From an uncultured delta proteobacterium (GTDB taxonomy: Bacteria; Desulfobacterota; Desulfobaccia; Desulfobaccales; 0-14-0-80-60-11), in the NCBI GenBank assembly GCA_963834795.1, contig CAWIDL010000021.1, positions 134,243 through 198,242 of the forward strand: a DNA stretch of 64,000 nt, given 5' to 3'. This document shows, piece after piece, positions 10,023 through 19,743 of this stretch. Position 1 is the stretch's first letter. Each line of letters begins with the position of its first letter. Position numbers and translations under genes: made by a program. The notes under the pieces were generated by a model. It had not been told where the DNA came from, searched no databases, and worked only from the letters and a program-made list of their open reading frames with translations.

Positions 10023-10310
10023 TCACCGGCAGTTACGGCTGCGGCGGCCAAAGGAGCATTTTGACTGCGGCCAATCTTCCTTGACTACCAGGAGTCGCCC
10101 GCCTACCAGCCGGCCACTGAACATGGAAATGGCCTTTTGGCCCCCCTCTTGGGTTTCCATAGACACAAAGCCGAAACCACAGGTCTGTCCGTTGTGCAGA
10201 TAAGTGATAATCCTGGCTGAGGCTACCAGGCCGGCCTCAGAAAAAAGGGTCTGCAACTGTTCTACGGTCATTTGATGGGGGAGGTTGCCCACGGATAATC
10301 TTTTACTCAT
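10023..10310 (-). CDS. RRM-type RNA-binding protein
   Basis: 95 aa with RNP2 LSVGNL and RNP1 CGFGFVSM. Confidence 0.9.
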   Translation of the reverse strand: MSKRLSVGNLPHQMTVEQLQTLFSEAGLVASARIITYLHNGQTCGFGFVSMETQEGGQKAISMFSGRLVGGRLLVVKEDWPQSKCSFGRRSRNCR

Positions 10311-10522
10311 GATCTCTCCTCACCGATCTCACTTACCAGGCCTTCTGCAAGCGGAGTCATTTCGTCCAGGCTTTTTAAGTTCCCTCTGCAGCGGCCTCGG
10401 GCATTTCCTCCGCCGGCGAGGTAGTGGTTTTGCCGTGGCGAATGTTGCATTTTTTCGTCGTTCTTCTCTTTTCGGGCTATCTCTTTGGCGCGCTTTTGCC
10501 AGCCATAACGGTTTCGTGCCAA
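10307..10522 (-). CDS. small basic hypothetical protein
   Basis: 71 aa with a TTG start preceded by GAGAGG. Its stop overlaps the RRM start (ATGA), suggesting translational coupling. Confidence 0.45.
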   Translation of the reverse strand: MARNRYGWQKRAKEIARKEKNDEKMQHSPRQNHYLAGGGNARGRCRGNLKSLDEMTPLAEGLVSEIGEERS

Positions 10523-10548
10523 ATTCTACCTCTCTAAGCTCAAAATGC

Positions 10549-10583
10549 CGGAACTCCAGGATTCAGAGACCGCCGGAGTTCCG
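10549..10583 (-). terminator. possible hairpin terminator downstream of csp
   Basis: 9-bp stem CGGAACTCC/GGAGTTCCG, followed on the minus strand by GCATTTTG. The loop is long (17 nt), so this is weak. Confidence 0.4.
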
Positions 10584-10601
10584 ATCATCAGGGGTTACCG
10601 C

Positions 10602-10805
10602 CTAAAGTTTCACTACGTTTTGGGCCTGATCGCCCTTGGGACCCTTGACTACCTCAAACTCCACTGCCTGGTCTTCACTCAAGGAGCGGAAGCCCTCGCC
10701 CTGGATGGCGCTGTGATGCACGAAGACATCGGGGCCGTTATCCCGGCAGATGAAGCCAAAACCCTTGGAATCATTAAACCATTTTACCGTACCAGTTTCT
10801 TTCAT
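10602..10805 (-). CDS. cold-shock protein (CspA family)
   Basis: 67 aa: [15 protein letters not shown]...DVFVHHSAI. Confidence 0.95.
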   Translation of the reverse strand: MKETGTVKWFNDSKGFGFICRDNGPDVFVHHSAIQGEGFRSLSEDQAVEFEVVKGPKGDQAQNVVKL

Positions 10806-11161
10806 TATGAAACCTCTTTCTTTGATACTGCAAAGATATACCCGCCAAAAAAGCAGGGCGCACAGCAGTCAGGCAAAAAAAATCGGCCGGGAGACTTAGC
10901 AACCCATCCGATCATTGTCCAGGACTCATGGCCCGGCTTTCAGTCTGACATGCTAAACTGCATACATTCTACAAGAAAATTGCTCAATGTCAAGCTAATT
11001 AAAATAAACGCCTGCAGCCCCTTGCGGTCTCCCATTGAGCCCCTAAAATAATTGGGGGATTATTCCATAAAGCACTCGTCCAGGGACTTAGGCGAAAAAA
11101 ATAGAATTTACTCAATATATAAGTTAAATTATTAAGTTAAGAGAGGAATAAGGAGTACTCT

Positions 11162-11635
11162 ATGCGCAAGCGCATTATCGGTCATGGCCCTCGTGATGTC
11201 TCAGCCGCCGAGCCGGGCTGGCTAGACCTTGAACACTTGGCACAGGTCGAAATCACCTCCGAAGATGCCGACTACCCGATTGAATCGGCACTGATTTCGG
11301 GTATTGGCTCGGGTTGGCGGGCCGCGCAGCCTGGGGAGCAAACGATCCGCCTCCTGTTTGCTGAGCCGCTGAGACTCAAACGGATCCACCTGGTGTTCTC
11401 TGAAGGTGAACTGGAGCGCACCCAAGAGTTCGTTTTACGGTGGTCACCAGACGGCGGTCAGTCGTACCGAGAGATTGTGCGCCAGCAGTACAATTTCAGT
11501 CCGCCGGACGCAGCGCGCCAGGTCGAAGACTACAACCTCGATCTCGACGGTGTAACGGCGCTTGAATTAAAAATTGTTCCGGACATAAGCGGTGGTGGCG
11601 CCCGTGCATCGCTGGCGCAACTGCGCGTTGCCTAG
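11162..11635 (+). CDS. galactose-binding-domain-like (discoidin/F5-8 type C-like) protein
   Basis: 157 aa with an RBS GGAG upstream. The overall pattern (ITSEDADYPIESAL...WRAAQPGEQTIRLLF...LELKIVPD) resembles small carbohydrate-binding-like proteins. Confidence 0.55.
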   Translation: MRKRIIGHGPRDVSAAEPGWLDLEHLAQVEITSEDADYPIESALISGIGSGWRAAQPGEQTIRLLFAEPLRLKRIHLVFSEGELERTQEFVLRWSPDGGQSYREIVRQQYNFSPPDAARQVEDYNLDLDGVTALELKIVPDISGGGARASLAQLRVA

Positions 11636-11721
11636 TTATCAGACTGACTTCGACTATTAGTGCCAGGGGAACAGCCTAACAGATCGCGGCAGCCTACGGC
11701 GCCGGATCAAAGGAGAGTGAA

Positions 11722-11946
11722 ATGAACGAACAGGAAGCCAAAAAGGAAATAGCACAAGCAAAAGAGGAACTTCTGAAAGCGAAAGCCAAACTAAAAGAAT
11801 TAAACGCTAAACTAATGGAACTCTCGGAGGTGGTGGAAAAAATAGAAGCCGCGCAAGGCCGGCTGCAGAAAGTAGAAGAGAAACTGTTTCTCGAAAGTTT
11901 TAGCAAAAAATCGTCTTTCGACCGCATCGGTAATGAAAAAGATTAG
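11722..11946 (+). CDS. small coiled-coil protein
   Basis: 74 aa, K/E/L-rich heptad-like sequence, with AAAGGAGAG upstream of the ATG. Confidence 0.4.
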   Translation: MNEQEAKKEIAQAKEELLKAKAKLKELNAKLMELSEVVEKIEAAQGRLQKVEEKLFLESFSKKSSFDRIGNEKD

Positions 11947-11990
11947 CAGGGCTTGAAAAAGCAGCGTAACCCTGGCCCAGGCATTCACTA

Positions 11991-13664
11991 TCATTTATCC
12001 TGGATAGCGCTGGAGGAAGAGAGTTCCAAGGGGGTTTCCGATAACCTGCCCTGGAGCGCCGCGGGAACCTCTAGCTGCCGTTCCTTGATGATGGCCGTGG
12101 CCTTTTCCCGCACTATCTCTCTCATGTCGAAAAGGTCCTCTCCCTCAACGCAGGTCACGAAATATTGCTTGAACCGTGTCGGGTTTTGTCTCCACATCCC
12201 GAGCAACTGGGTCCAGACCTGACGCCGGTACGACGGCCGCAACCCTTGCCACCAGAGGATTTTAAAAAACGCCTTAATTTCGATTAATATCCGGCGCCAA
12301 GTCAGTCCCTGGTCGGGGACGCGGTCCTTTGGCAAGGCGCCCCCTGCGGCGACCGCCTGGGCCCGGCGAACCGGCCGCATGGCCAGATAATAGCGGTAGG
12401 CCCTCGCCAGGTAACGGGATGGTTCGTACAGGTAGTCCCAGGCCTCGACGTATTCCTGCATGATCTCGGCTTCCGGTCGGTCAGGTTCGTAGTTCAAGGC
12501 TGAGAAGGTACCCGCGTCATCTCCCACATCCAGGCGCAGCCGCCCTTCTTTCTCCAATCGATGCCACAGGCTGGTATGCGGCGAGGCCTGCAGGACCCCA
12601 AGCATGGCCACGGGGATGTCAGTCTGTTCTATAAAGGCGCAGATGCGTTCGCCGGCCCCTTTCGTTTCCCCGTCCAGACCGATGATGAAACTGCCAATAA
12701 CCTCCATGCCATTCTTCTTGAGGGTGTACAGCGATTCTAGGAGCGGGTTCTTGATGTTGTGATATTTGTGGCTGGTTTGCAGTACATTCTCATCCGGAGA
12801 CTCGATCCCGATAAAAACTTCCCTCAGGTTGGCCGCGGTCATGAGGTCGATCATTTCCGGATCCTGCCCCAGGTTCACCGAGGCCTGCGTCAAGAACCTG
12901 TAGGGTTCACCCCGACTCCTCAACCAGGGGGTGAGTTCTTGCAGGAAGGCCCGGGCGTGCTTCTTACTGCCGATGAAGTTATCATCGCAAATGAACGCGG
13001 ATCCCCTGGCCCCTAGCCGGTGGAGGGTCTCCAGTTCGGCGATGACCTGCTTCGGGGTCTTGTAACGGGGCGTGCGTCCGAAAAGGTTCACCACATCGCA
13101 AAATTCGCAGTCAAACGGGCATCCCCGGGAAGTCTGAATCGTAAAGGTGACGTAATCTTTCAGTTGCAACAGATCAAACCGCGGGATCGGTGAGGTCGTC
13201 AGGTCCGGCTTTTCGCGGTTTTCGATTATCCCGGTCTTTCCGTGTCTCATCGCCTCCAGAAGCAAAGGAATCGTATTCTCGCCCTCGCCCCGCACCACAA
13301 AATCACATCCCGCCTCCAGGACGGCCTCAGGGAGGGAAGTGGGATGGGGTCCTCCGGCTACGACGGTTTTGCCGCGGCGCTTGGCTTCTCTCACCAGGGC
13401 CAACAAGCCCGCCCTTTGAATGTACATGGCCGATATCAAGATCAGATCGGCCCACTGCCAATCTTGTTCGGTCAGGCTTCTGGTGTTGAGATCCGCCAGA
13501 CGCAGTTCCCATTCCGAGGGCAGCAAGGCTGCCACCGTAAGCAAACCCAAGGGTGGATTAACCGTTTTAGCACCCAGGAGCCGGCAAGATTTCTGGAAAC
13601 TCCAAAAGGAAAGGGGAAATTCGGGACATACCAACAAAGCCCGCATAGCTGTAAAACTCCTCAC
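11991..13664 (-). CDS. B12-binding domain-containing radical SAM protein (DUF4070-type C-terminus)
   Basis: 557 aa with an N-terminal cobalamin-binding-like domain, the radical SAM cluster motif CPFDCEFCDV and a long conserved C-terminal extension. Confidence 0.9.
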   Translation of the reverse strand: MRSFTAMRALLVCPEFPLSFWSFQKSCRLLGAKTVNPPLGLLTVAALLPSEWELRLADLNTRSLTEQDWQWADLILISAMYIQRAGLLALVREAKRRGKTVVAGGPHPTSLPEAVLEAGCDFVVRGEGENTIPLLLEAMRHGKTGIIENREKPDLTTSPIPRFDLLQLKDYVTFTIQTSRGCPFDCEFCDVVNLFGRTPRYKTPKQVIAELETLHRLGARGSAFICDDNFIGSKKHARAFLQELTPWLRSRGEPYRFLTQASVNLGQDPEMIDLMTAANLREVFIGIESPDENVLQTSHKYHNIKNPLLESLYTLKKNGMEVIGSFIIGLDGETKGAGERICAFIEQTDIPVAMLGVLQASPHTSLWHRLEKEGRLRLDVGDDAGTFSALNYEPDRPEAEIMQEYVEAWDYLYEPSRYLARAYRYYLAMRPVRRAQAVAAGGALPKDRVPDQGLTWRRILIEIKAFFKILWWQGLRPSYRRQVWTQLLGMWRQNPTRFKQYFVTCVEGEDLFDMREIVREKATAIIKERQLEVPAALQGRLSETPLELSSSSAIQDK

Positions 13665-14015
13665 TAACTGATAGTCGGCGGCAACCAGACGCTGGCTGCC
13701 TTAACTTAGGTGATCTGAACTATTTTTCGAACTTCGCAACCATCCTCCTTGCGAAATTAACCCGACTTGTGAGAAGCATGATATCACAAAACTTTCCCAA
13801 AACCTCTCTCCGCAGTTTTTAGACGCCAGAGAAGATCAGTCCAGATCTGATTTCCAGCCTAATAACCCGAATAGCACCGATTGATAATGATAAGAAATGA
13901 AAGGCGAGGAGAAATAAACCTACTACGTCGCCTGGAGGCATCGACTCTGCTCTCAACCTTATTATCTGGTGGAGCGGGTATTTAGCTATTTTAAAAGATA
14001 AGCCAAGATAGCGAA

Positions 14016-14668
14016 GTCGAGTAGCGTGGGGGAATCTCACCCCCACGCCCTCACAGATCCGTACATGAGCCTCTCGGCTCATACGGCTCCTATCGACCAG
14101 CCGCAATTACCTGGCCTTGCCTTACCCAATGGCTCCTCCCATTGCTGGTTGGCCACCAAATAAGGCTGATCGATACAACCCCTTCGCTCCATCCCCATTA
14201 CGGGACTTCCTCGCTACTACGGGTTGTTCCGCCCCTGTGCCCCGCCTCGGTACTCTCACTCTCATGGGTCCTCCACTTGAGTTTCTCCCTTCACATCGGG
14301 ACGACAGGTTCCCACGTTCCGCACAAGAGCCTGGTTCAGGTTCACGCTACCTTTATGCCGGACGCCACCCAGGCAGTAAGCAGGTTCCCCCTGGGTTTGT
14401 CCTGGAGTCAAGATAGCCTCCAGTTTTGACGTCGTCTTTAGTGTTTCGACACCTCATCAGTGGTTCGCTGGTGCTCGTCTCCCTGAACCTCACCTGCCAC
14501 GGTCTTTAGCCATGACTTTCCCTTAACGCGCACCACCCTGGCTCTTTACCAGCGCAGCTTAAGGTGGTTTGGAGCCTGCTCCTGCAAGCCGGCTCCGGGG
14601 GGTCTGCCCCCATCTCTCGCGCAGTTGCGCACGCCTTCCCTATAACACCAAGCGCGCTCGTGGCGCAC
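14016..14668 (-). ncRNA. ORF-less group II intron ribozyme (5' boundary uncertain)
   Basis: Canonical 34-nt domain V at 14056-14089 (minus strand: GAGCCGUAUGAGCC-GAGA-GGCUCAUGUACGGAUC) with the AGC triad, a GNRA loop and a 2-nt bulge. A domain VI helix with a bulged A follows, ending ...CUACUCGAC at 14016. GUGCG 5' candidates lie at 14668, 14632 and 14533. No reverse-transcriptase ORF is present. Confidence 0.7.
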
Positions 14669-14726
14669 TATCTTGCTACTTTCAAAACTTTTTAAAAATT
14701 GCCAAAATTTCAAGGTCCTTCCGGGT

Positions 14727-14980
14727 TTAGCGTGGGTAGAGGCTGAGTCCCCCGCAAAAGAAATAGATGGCGGTTTTGAAATGCTCTTTGTTTCTATAGC
14801 CACAGGCCCGGCGCTTGATGGCCATGATCTTTCATAAAAGGAGATTATATGGCAACCTTGGTCACCGTGCTCAAAACATGGTTGTGGGACCTTGCGTCCA
14901 GGGAACAATTCTAAAAAGGTCTCTCTTCTTTCGGCCAAATCATCTTGTGGGAGCCAGGATAGCACAAATTTCCATCAAAT
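14727..14980 (-). pseudogene. ISL3-family transposase remnant
   Basis: Frame at 14727-14831 reads [34 protein letters not shown], the characteristic ISL3 transposase C-terminus. The upstream part is frame-broken or deleted. Confidence 0.65.
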
Positions 14981-15695
14981 TATATCTTTCCCCGCAGGTT
15001 TTGAACATAACACCGCCTTGGTTCGGAGTTTTTGGTATGGCGTGGGACTATGAACCCCAGGCCATCACCGCCCGATGATAATGGACTAAAGGAAAAGAAG
15101 AGCGAATTACTCGCCACGAATGGGACTTATCGGTGGAATGGGAAAAATTGCAGAGATGAGAAGGATATCTGGTAATTTTCATCCTCTGATAAGTATTCGG
15201 ACAATAGCAGAACTCAACAATTTCAATCTTCAGCTGCCGCTTTAATCACCCGATAATAAGCGTTGCCATGGCCAACGGTCCGGTTGCGAACACTCCGTTT
15301 AGACGAGGCGACCATGGCCAGAGGCTTGCCACCTCGCGCAAGATAGCGTCTTAAGAAAAGCGGCCTCTGGGGAGGAACACAGAGGGCACCTCGAGAGCGA
15401 TTCCGTTGCTGGGTTGGCCCTACCAGTCCGAAAAGTACAGATTAAAATATCAGGGATTCCCCGAGATAAAAATCAGGTTTATTCCAAGGCTTTCCCAGCC
15501 TTTTCCCAATTGCCTTAGACCCCAGGATGCTATTATTTTCATCAGATTGGGGATTTTTTACCCTACTGACAAGAGAGATCGGATGGTTTAAAGCGGGGCT
15601 CTCGCTTCTCCTGGGCTAAGCTCAGGAGTACCCCGGTTTCTCCCGGCTATTATTTGGTTCTTTGGCCGATTGGCCAGTTCCAGGAGGATGGCACT

Positions 15696-16697
15696 ATGTC
15701 TTCTTTCAGGTCTTGGCATTTTGTTTTGGGGAAACTGACCTTAAGCAAGTTCCTCCAGATGAAGTTCAACAATTTTCTTTTCCGGTTTCTGCCCTTCTTC
15801 CTTTCCCGGTGGTACATCGCCTGCATGGGCCGCTTTTACTACCTGCTGAACTGGCGGGATAAGGCCCTGATCGCCAAGACCATCCGCCACGTTCTCCACG
15901 GCAGGATATCCTCCGAGGAGGTCCACCAGAAGACCAAAGGGGCCTTTGGGGGGATCTTCGACCATTATCATGAAAAACTCTTCGTCGGATATTCCAACTT
16001 TCCTAAGTTACTGGATTTCTTCAGGACCCAGGTATGTTTCCAAGGTGAGCAAAAGCTAAAGGAAACCCTGGCGGCCAGCAAGGGCGCCATTCTGGTAACC
16101 GGTCATTTCGGAGCGGTGGAATTACTGCCGGGCACCCTGGCGGTACACGGCTTCCCCACCTCCATGATCTGCCGCTTCCAGACCAACCGACTCCGGGAAG
16201 CCCTGGGTCGCCGGGCCGAATGGATCGGCTTGCACCTGATCGACGCGGATCAAGGGAACAGCTTCCTCGCCGCGGTAAAGGCCCTCAAAGCGGGGAGGAT
16301 CCTCATCACCGAGTGCGATGAATTCGATGAATGGCGACCGGACCCGAACCAGGGAACCTCCTTTCTCGATCGCCGACTTACGGGGGACCGCACCTTGGAC
16401 ATTTTGAGCAAGCGCTCCGGCGCCCCGGTGGTCGCCGCCATGGTGAAACGAGATGGGGGGCAACAATATACCTGTCACCTCACCGCGCTGGACAATGGCG
16501 CCGCTCCGGTAAATATGTCTATCAGCCAAAGGTGTCTCATGATCCTGGATGGTTCGGTGAAGGCCCATCCGGAGCAATGGTATCAATGGAAGAAGTTTGG
16601 TAAACTGATCAACATTGACCCGGGGGTGGGGCATGATCGTCCGAAAGCTGGATATTTGGCACCTAGAATTGGCATTTCTCTACCCGATCAGGCATAA
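15696..16697 (+). CDS. lysophospholipid/lipid A (LpxL/HtrB-family) acyltransferase
   Basis: HX4E motif in GAILVTGHFGAVELLPG and C-terminal HPEQWYQWKKF. The ATG at 15696 has AGGAGG about 9 nt upstream. Confidence 0.8.
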   Translation: MSSFRSWHFVLGKLTLSKFLQMKFNNFLFRFLPFFLSRWYIACMGRFYYLLNWRDKALIAKTIRHVLHGRISSEEVHQKTKGAFGGIFDHYHEKLFVGYSNFPKLLDFFRTQVCFQGEQKLKETLAASKGAILVTGHFGAVELLPGTLAVHGFPTSMICRFQTNRLREALGRRAEWIGLHLIDADQGNSFLAAVKALKAGRILITECDEFDEWRPDPNQGTSFLDRRLTGDRTLDILSKRSGAPVVAAMVKRDGGQQYTCHLTALDNGAAPVNMSISQRCLMILDGSVKAHPEQWYQWKKFGKLINIDPGVGHDRPKAGYLAPRIGISLPDQA

Positions 16698-17766
16698 CCT
16701 GGTCACCCACCACGGGTCCGAAAACCTGGTGGTCAAAGTGACCGCCGACAGCCCCCAGCCGGGGTATGGGGAAGGGGTTCCCCGGAGCTTCGTCACCGGA
16801 GAAACCCTCCCGTCCAGCCTCGCCTTCCTGACGGGGACCCTGGCCCCTGCCATTGTAGGGAAGGAGTTCGCTTCACCCTCGCAGCTTCTGGAGGCGTTGA
16901 CAGAGCTGTTTCGCCAAACAGCCGGGGAGCGGCATCCCGGGGCCTTTTGCGCCCTGGAAACCGCGCTGCTGGATGCCGCCGGCCAGGCCTGGGACCTGCC
17001 TCTGCAAGCCTTCCTCGGACCCAAAGGAGACGCCCCCCTGATCTACAGCGCGGTGATCCCCATGGGGACGCCGGAGAAGATGGCTCAATTCCTGTACCTG
17101 GCGAAAAAACTGCAGATGTCTTTTCTGAAGCTGAAGGTGGGGAGCCCCGAAGACCTGGAAAACCTCAGGCTGGCCCGGGAGATCCTGGGTTGGCAGGTCG
17201 ATATCCGGGTGGACGCCAACTGTGCCTGGAGCGCCACCGAGGCCGTCCAGCGCCTCCGGGAGATGCAACCTTACCGGATCAGCGCCGTGGAGCAACCAGT
17301 GGCCAAGGATGATCTGGAAGGCCTGCGGGCGGTGAGCGCCGAGGCCGGGCTGCCCGTCATCGCCGATGAGTCATTGTGCCACGAAGGGGACGCCCAAAGA
17401 TTGATCGACCTCAAGGCCTGCCAGATCTTTAATATCCGCCTGTCCAAATGCGGCGGCCCCGGGGCCGCCGCCCGGATCAGGCGGATGGCCGCGGCGGCCG
17501 GGCTGCGTTGCCAGCTGGGCTGCCACGTGGGAGAAACCAGCATCCTTTCCGCCGCCGGCCGCCACTTCGCCGTCTGTGCCCCGGCGCCGGCCTATTTGGA
17601 AGGCTCCTTCTCGCCTTTCCTGTTTGCCCGGGAGCCGGTGGCCCAGAGCGTCATTTTCGGACCCGGAGGAGTGGCCCTGCCCCTTCCCGGCCCAGGCCTG
17701 GGGATCGAAGTTCTCGAGGCCGCCTTGCCTGATCTCGCCCTCGCCCACTTCCAACTGGGCGGCTAA
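16633..17766 (+). CDS. enolase-superfamily enzyme (dipeptide epimerase / mandelate racemase-muconate lactonizing family)
   Basis: Motifs KLKVG, IRVDANCAWS, VEQPV, IADES and FNIRLSKCGG. The ATG at 16633 overlaps the acyltransferase gene by 65 nt. Confidence 0.85.
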   Translation: MIVRKLDIWHLELAFLYPIRHNLVTHHGSENLVVKVTADSPQPGYGEGVPRSFVTGETLPSSLAFLTGTLAPAIVGKEFASPSQLLEALTELFRQTAGERHPGAFCALETALLDAAGQAWDLPLQAFLGPKGDAPLIYSAVIPMGTPEKMAQFLYLAKKLQMSFLKLKVGSPEDLENLRLAREILGWQVDIRVDANCAWSATEAVQRLREMQPYRISAVEQPVAKDDLEGLRAVSAEAGLPVIADESLCHEGDAQRLIDLKACQIFNIRLSKCGGPGAAARIRRMAAAAGLRCQLGCHVGETSILSAAGRHFAVCAPAPAYLEGSFSPFLFAREPVAQSVIFGPGGVALPLPGPGLGIEVLEAALPDLALAHFQLGG

Positions 17767-19168
17767 TCGCCGTTAAAATCAATTTTCTCCAAGAATTACA
17801 TATCCCACCTCAGCAAGTAAATATTCCATCACTGTTAAGCAACAGATCACTCCTATGGTCAAAACCAAGTAGCCAAGCCCCCCAGTATTCATTTTCGTAA
17901 ATAATCCAAGCCCGCCGACTATTCGTGGTTCTCTTTCTGGGTGGAACTGCAAGGAATCAAATCCAGGTACATAAGATGGGGGCCGATGTGCATTAGCTTG
18001 CCACTATACGCCCTTCCGCTAATCTTTCCATATGATTTATATATTGAAAAGCCTTTGCAAATGTAATTCGGATTTGGCAATTTTCTCGAAAAATTGAAAA
18101 ATCTCAGGGGCGATCATATTTCCCCGGGGAGAGGGAGTCCCAGCCCGAGGTTCCCGGATTCAGACCAAAGCCAGAGGTGCGGAACCGGACGGTGCTGACG
18201 CCAGAAGCAGCAAGCATTGAGGAATCGGCACGGGATGACGTGGCTCTGCTCCTGGCCGACCTCGCCCGCCGCGAGCACCGGCACCCTGAAATGCGCCCCC
18301 AAACCTCCCTTCGGAAAGATAAATCTACGGCGCACAGGGCCACTCACAGCCCCGCCACGGCCCGCAAAGGGGCAATCAAGGCGGAAATGGGGGGGGCTGT
18401 GAAATGTTTAAATCGCCGCAGGAAGGCCCCGCCAGCCTGCTATATTTTGCTCATAAAATTTTTGGGCCAGACCCATAACTGGGGGGGGCTGAAAAAAGAA
18501 ATTATGAAAAATTTGGCGGACAAAGCATTGACTATAGGGGGGCGGTAGGAGTCCCACTAGGGTTATGGGTTCCAGGGCCGAAAATCCTTCAGGCCAGGAT
18601 CGGGCGGGGCCGGAGCAACCGGCCGGGGGTGCTGGTGCACCACAGAGGCAGGTGGTGGACGGCAACGCGGACCCAAGGAAGGAACGCACCAGGCACCCTA
18701 TCCCAATGCCCCTCTCATCTCCGTTTACCTTTGGGGGCTCGCTTCCCCTCAAACGACCCTCTTAGAAGTCCTGCATTGAACGGAAAGGCCCACCCCTTAG
18801 CCTACCCTTGCCCCGGGGCCAATCGCTTAAAATTCCCCACCTGGACGGGGGAGAACTGGGAAATCGAGGACCTCTGAGATAGGATTATCGCCCTGCCAAG
18901 AAAAACGGCCGCATGAGAAGCGCCAGGAAGGGTGACTGAGACGCCCCCCTTGTCTATCACCTTCACACTATGGGGAGCGGCAAGGCTGGCCAGGGAAGTT
19001 TCGCAACTTTAGCAACTTTCGCAGAGGGTAATCCTCAAAACTGATTTTGTGGCCGGGTGAAGCTGTCTCCCCCGGTTAATTTTTGGCCTTGAAAGGGAAA
19101 TCATGCACACTATGTGCACACCGCAAAAAAGCCGGGTTAACCAATTTCAACTAAGCCCTTGAAATTAC

Positions 19169-19244
19169 TGGCGCGCCTGGCAGGATTCGAACCTGCGACC
19201 CACGGATTAGAAGTCCGTTGCTCTATCCTCTGAGCTACAGGCGC
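19169..19244 (-). tRNA. tRNA-Arg (anticodon TCT), CCA encoded
   Basis: A 76-nt cloverleaf was folded by hand. Acceptor GCGCCTG/CAGGCGC, anticodon stem ACGGA/TCCGT with loop CTTCTAA, T-arm GCAGG-TTCGAAT-CCTGC. Confidence 0.95.
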
Positions 19245-19323
19245 AGTGAGATGGATGGGGTCGCGATGAGATGCCCCCCTCTTTTCCTCCCCGCTTAAGA
19301 CGGTCCGGCAGCGAATTGGCCCA

Positions 19324-19418
19324 CCTTGGGCCAACGGAAAGTTGTAGGGTGCGTCTTACGCACCACAAGCCTTATTTTATAGGTGCGTAAGACGCACCCT
19401 ACAATTTGAGCCCAAGGC
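19324..19418. repeat. long palindrome (REP-like), perfect 23-bp arms
   Basis: TTGTAGGGTGCGTCTTACGCACC (19342-19364) and its exact reverse complement (19382-19404). The outer CCTTGGGC/GCCCAAGG extension continues the palindrome. Confidence 0.7.
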
Positions 19419-19743
19419 CCGCACAGGCGAGACGCCCGTGCCACCAGCAGTGTCCGGCAACAAAATTGCATGACGAAACTTAAACTATCTCACAGTTTAA
19501 CTCTAGACCATTGTAATTTCAACGATATCAATATTATACCGATGCAACCAAATCCCCTGGTATCTTTAAATGCAATACGGCACTTTGGCTAAGGCTAAGG
19601 TTAACAAAGAATCCAGGTGCTCAGGGGCAGCACCCGCCCTAGATGAGCTAAGGCAAAAGGCAAAAGTAAAAAGGCAAGACCCTGTTTTTTTTCTTTTATT
19701 TTACCTTTTACCTTTTAACTTTTACCTTTATTGCCTGGGGCGG

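Noticed and set aside
13819-14106. 95-aa ORF MRLVDRSRMSREAHVRICEGVGVRFPHATR...
   Set aside because: It is the conceptual translation of group II intron domains V-VI, not a protein.
14546-14965. 139-aa ORF over the ISL3 remnant.
   Set aside because: It is out of frame relative to the only recognisable transposase segment ([29 protein letters not shown]) and runs across the putative intron 5' region.
18104-18877. Several 60-125-aa ORFs on both strands (e.g. 18177-18548, 18408-18752).
   Set aside because: They are mutually overlapping, with no RBS or domain signal and odd composition. The region is treated as non-coding of unknown function (see finding).
17767-19168. tmRNA, RNase P RNA or cobalamin riboswitch next to tRNA-Arg.
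   Set aside because: I could not find the tRNA-like 3' T-arm/ACCA end and tag ORF of tmRNA, the GGAAAGUCC-type P4 motif of RNase P, or a B12 box. Only a covariance-model scan could settle this.
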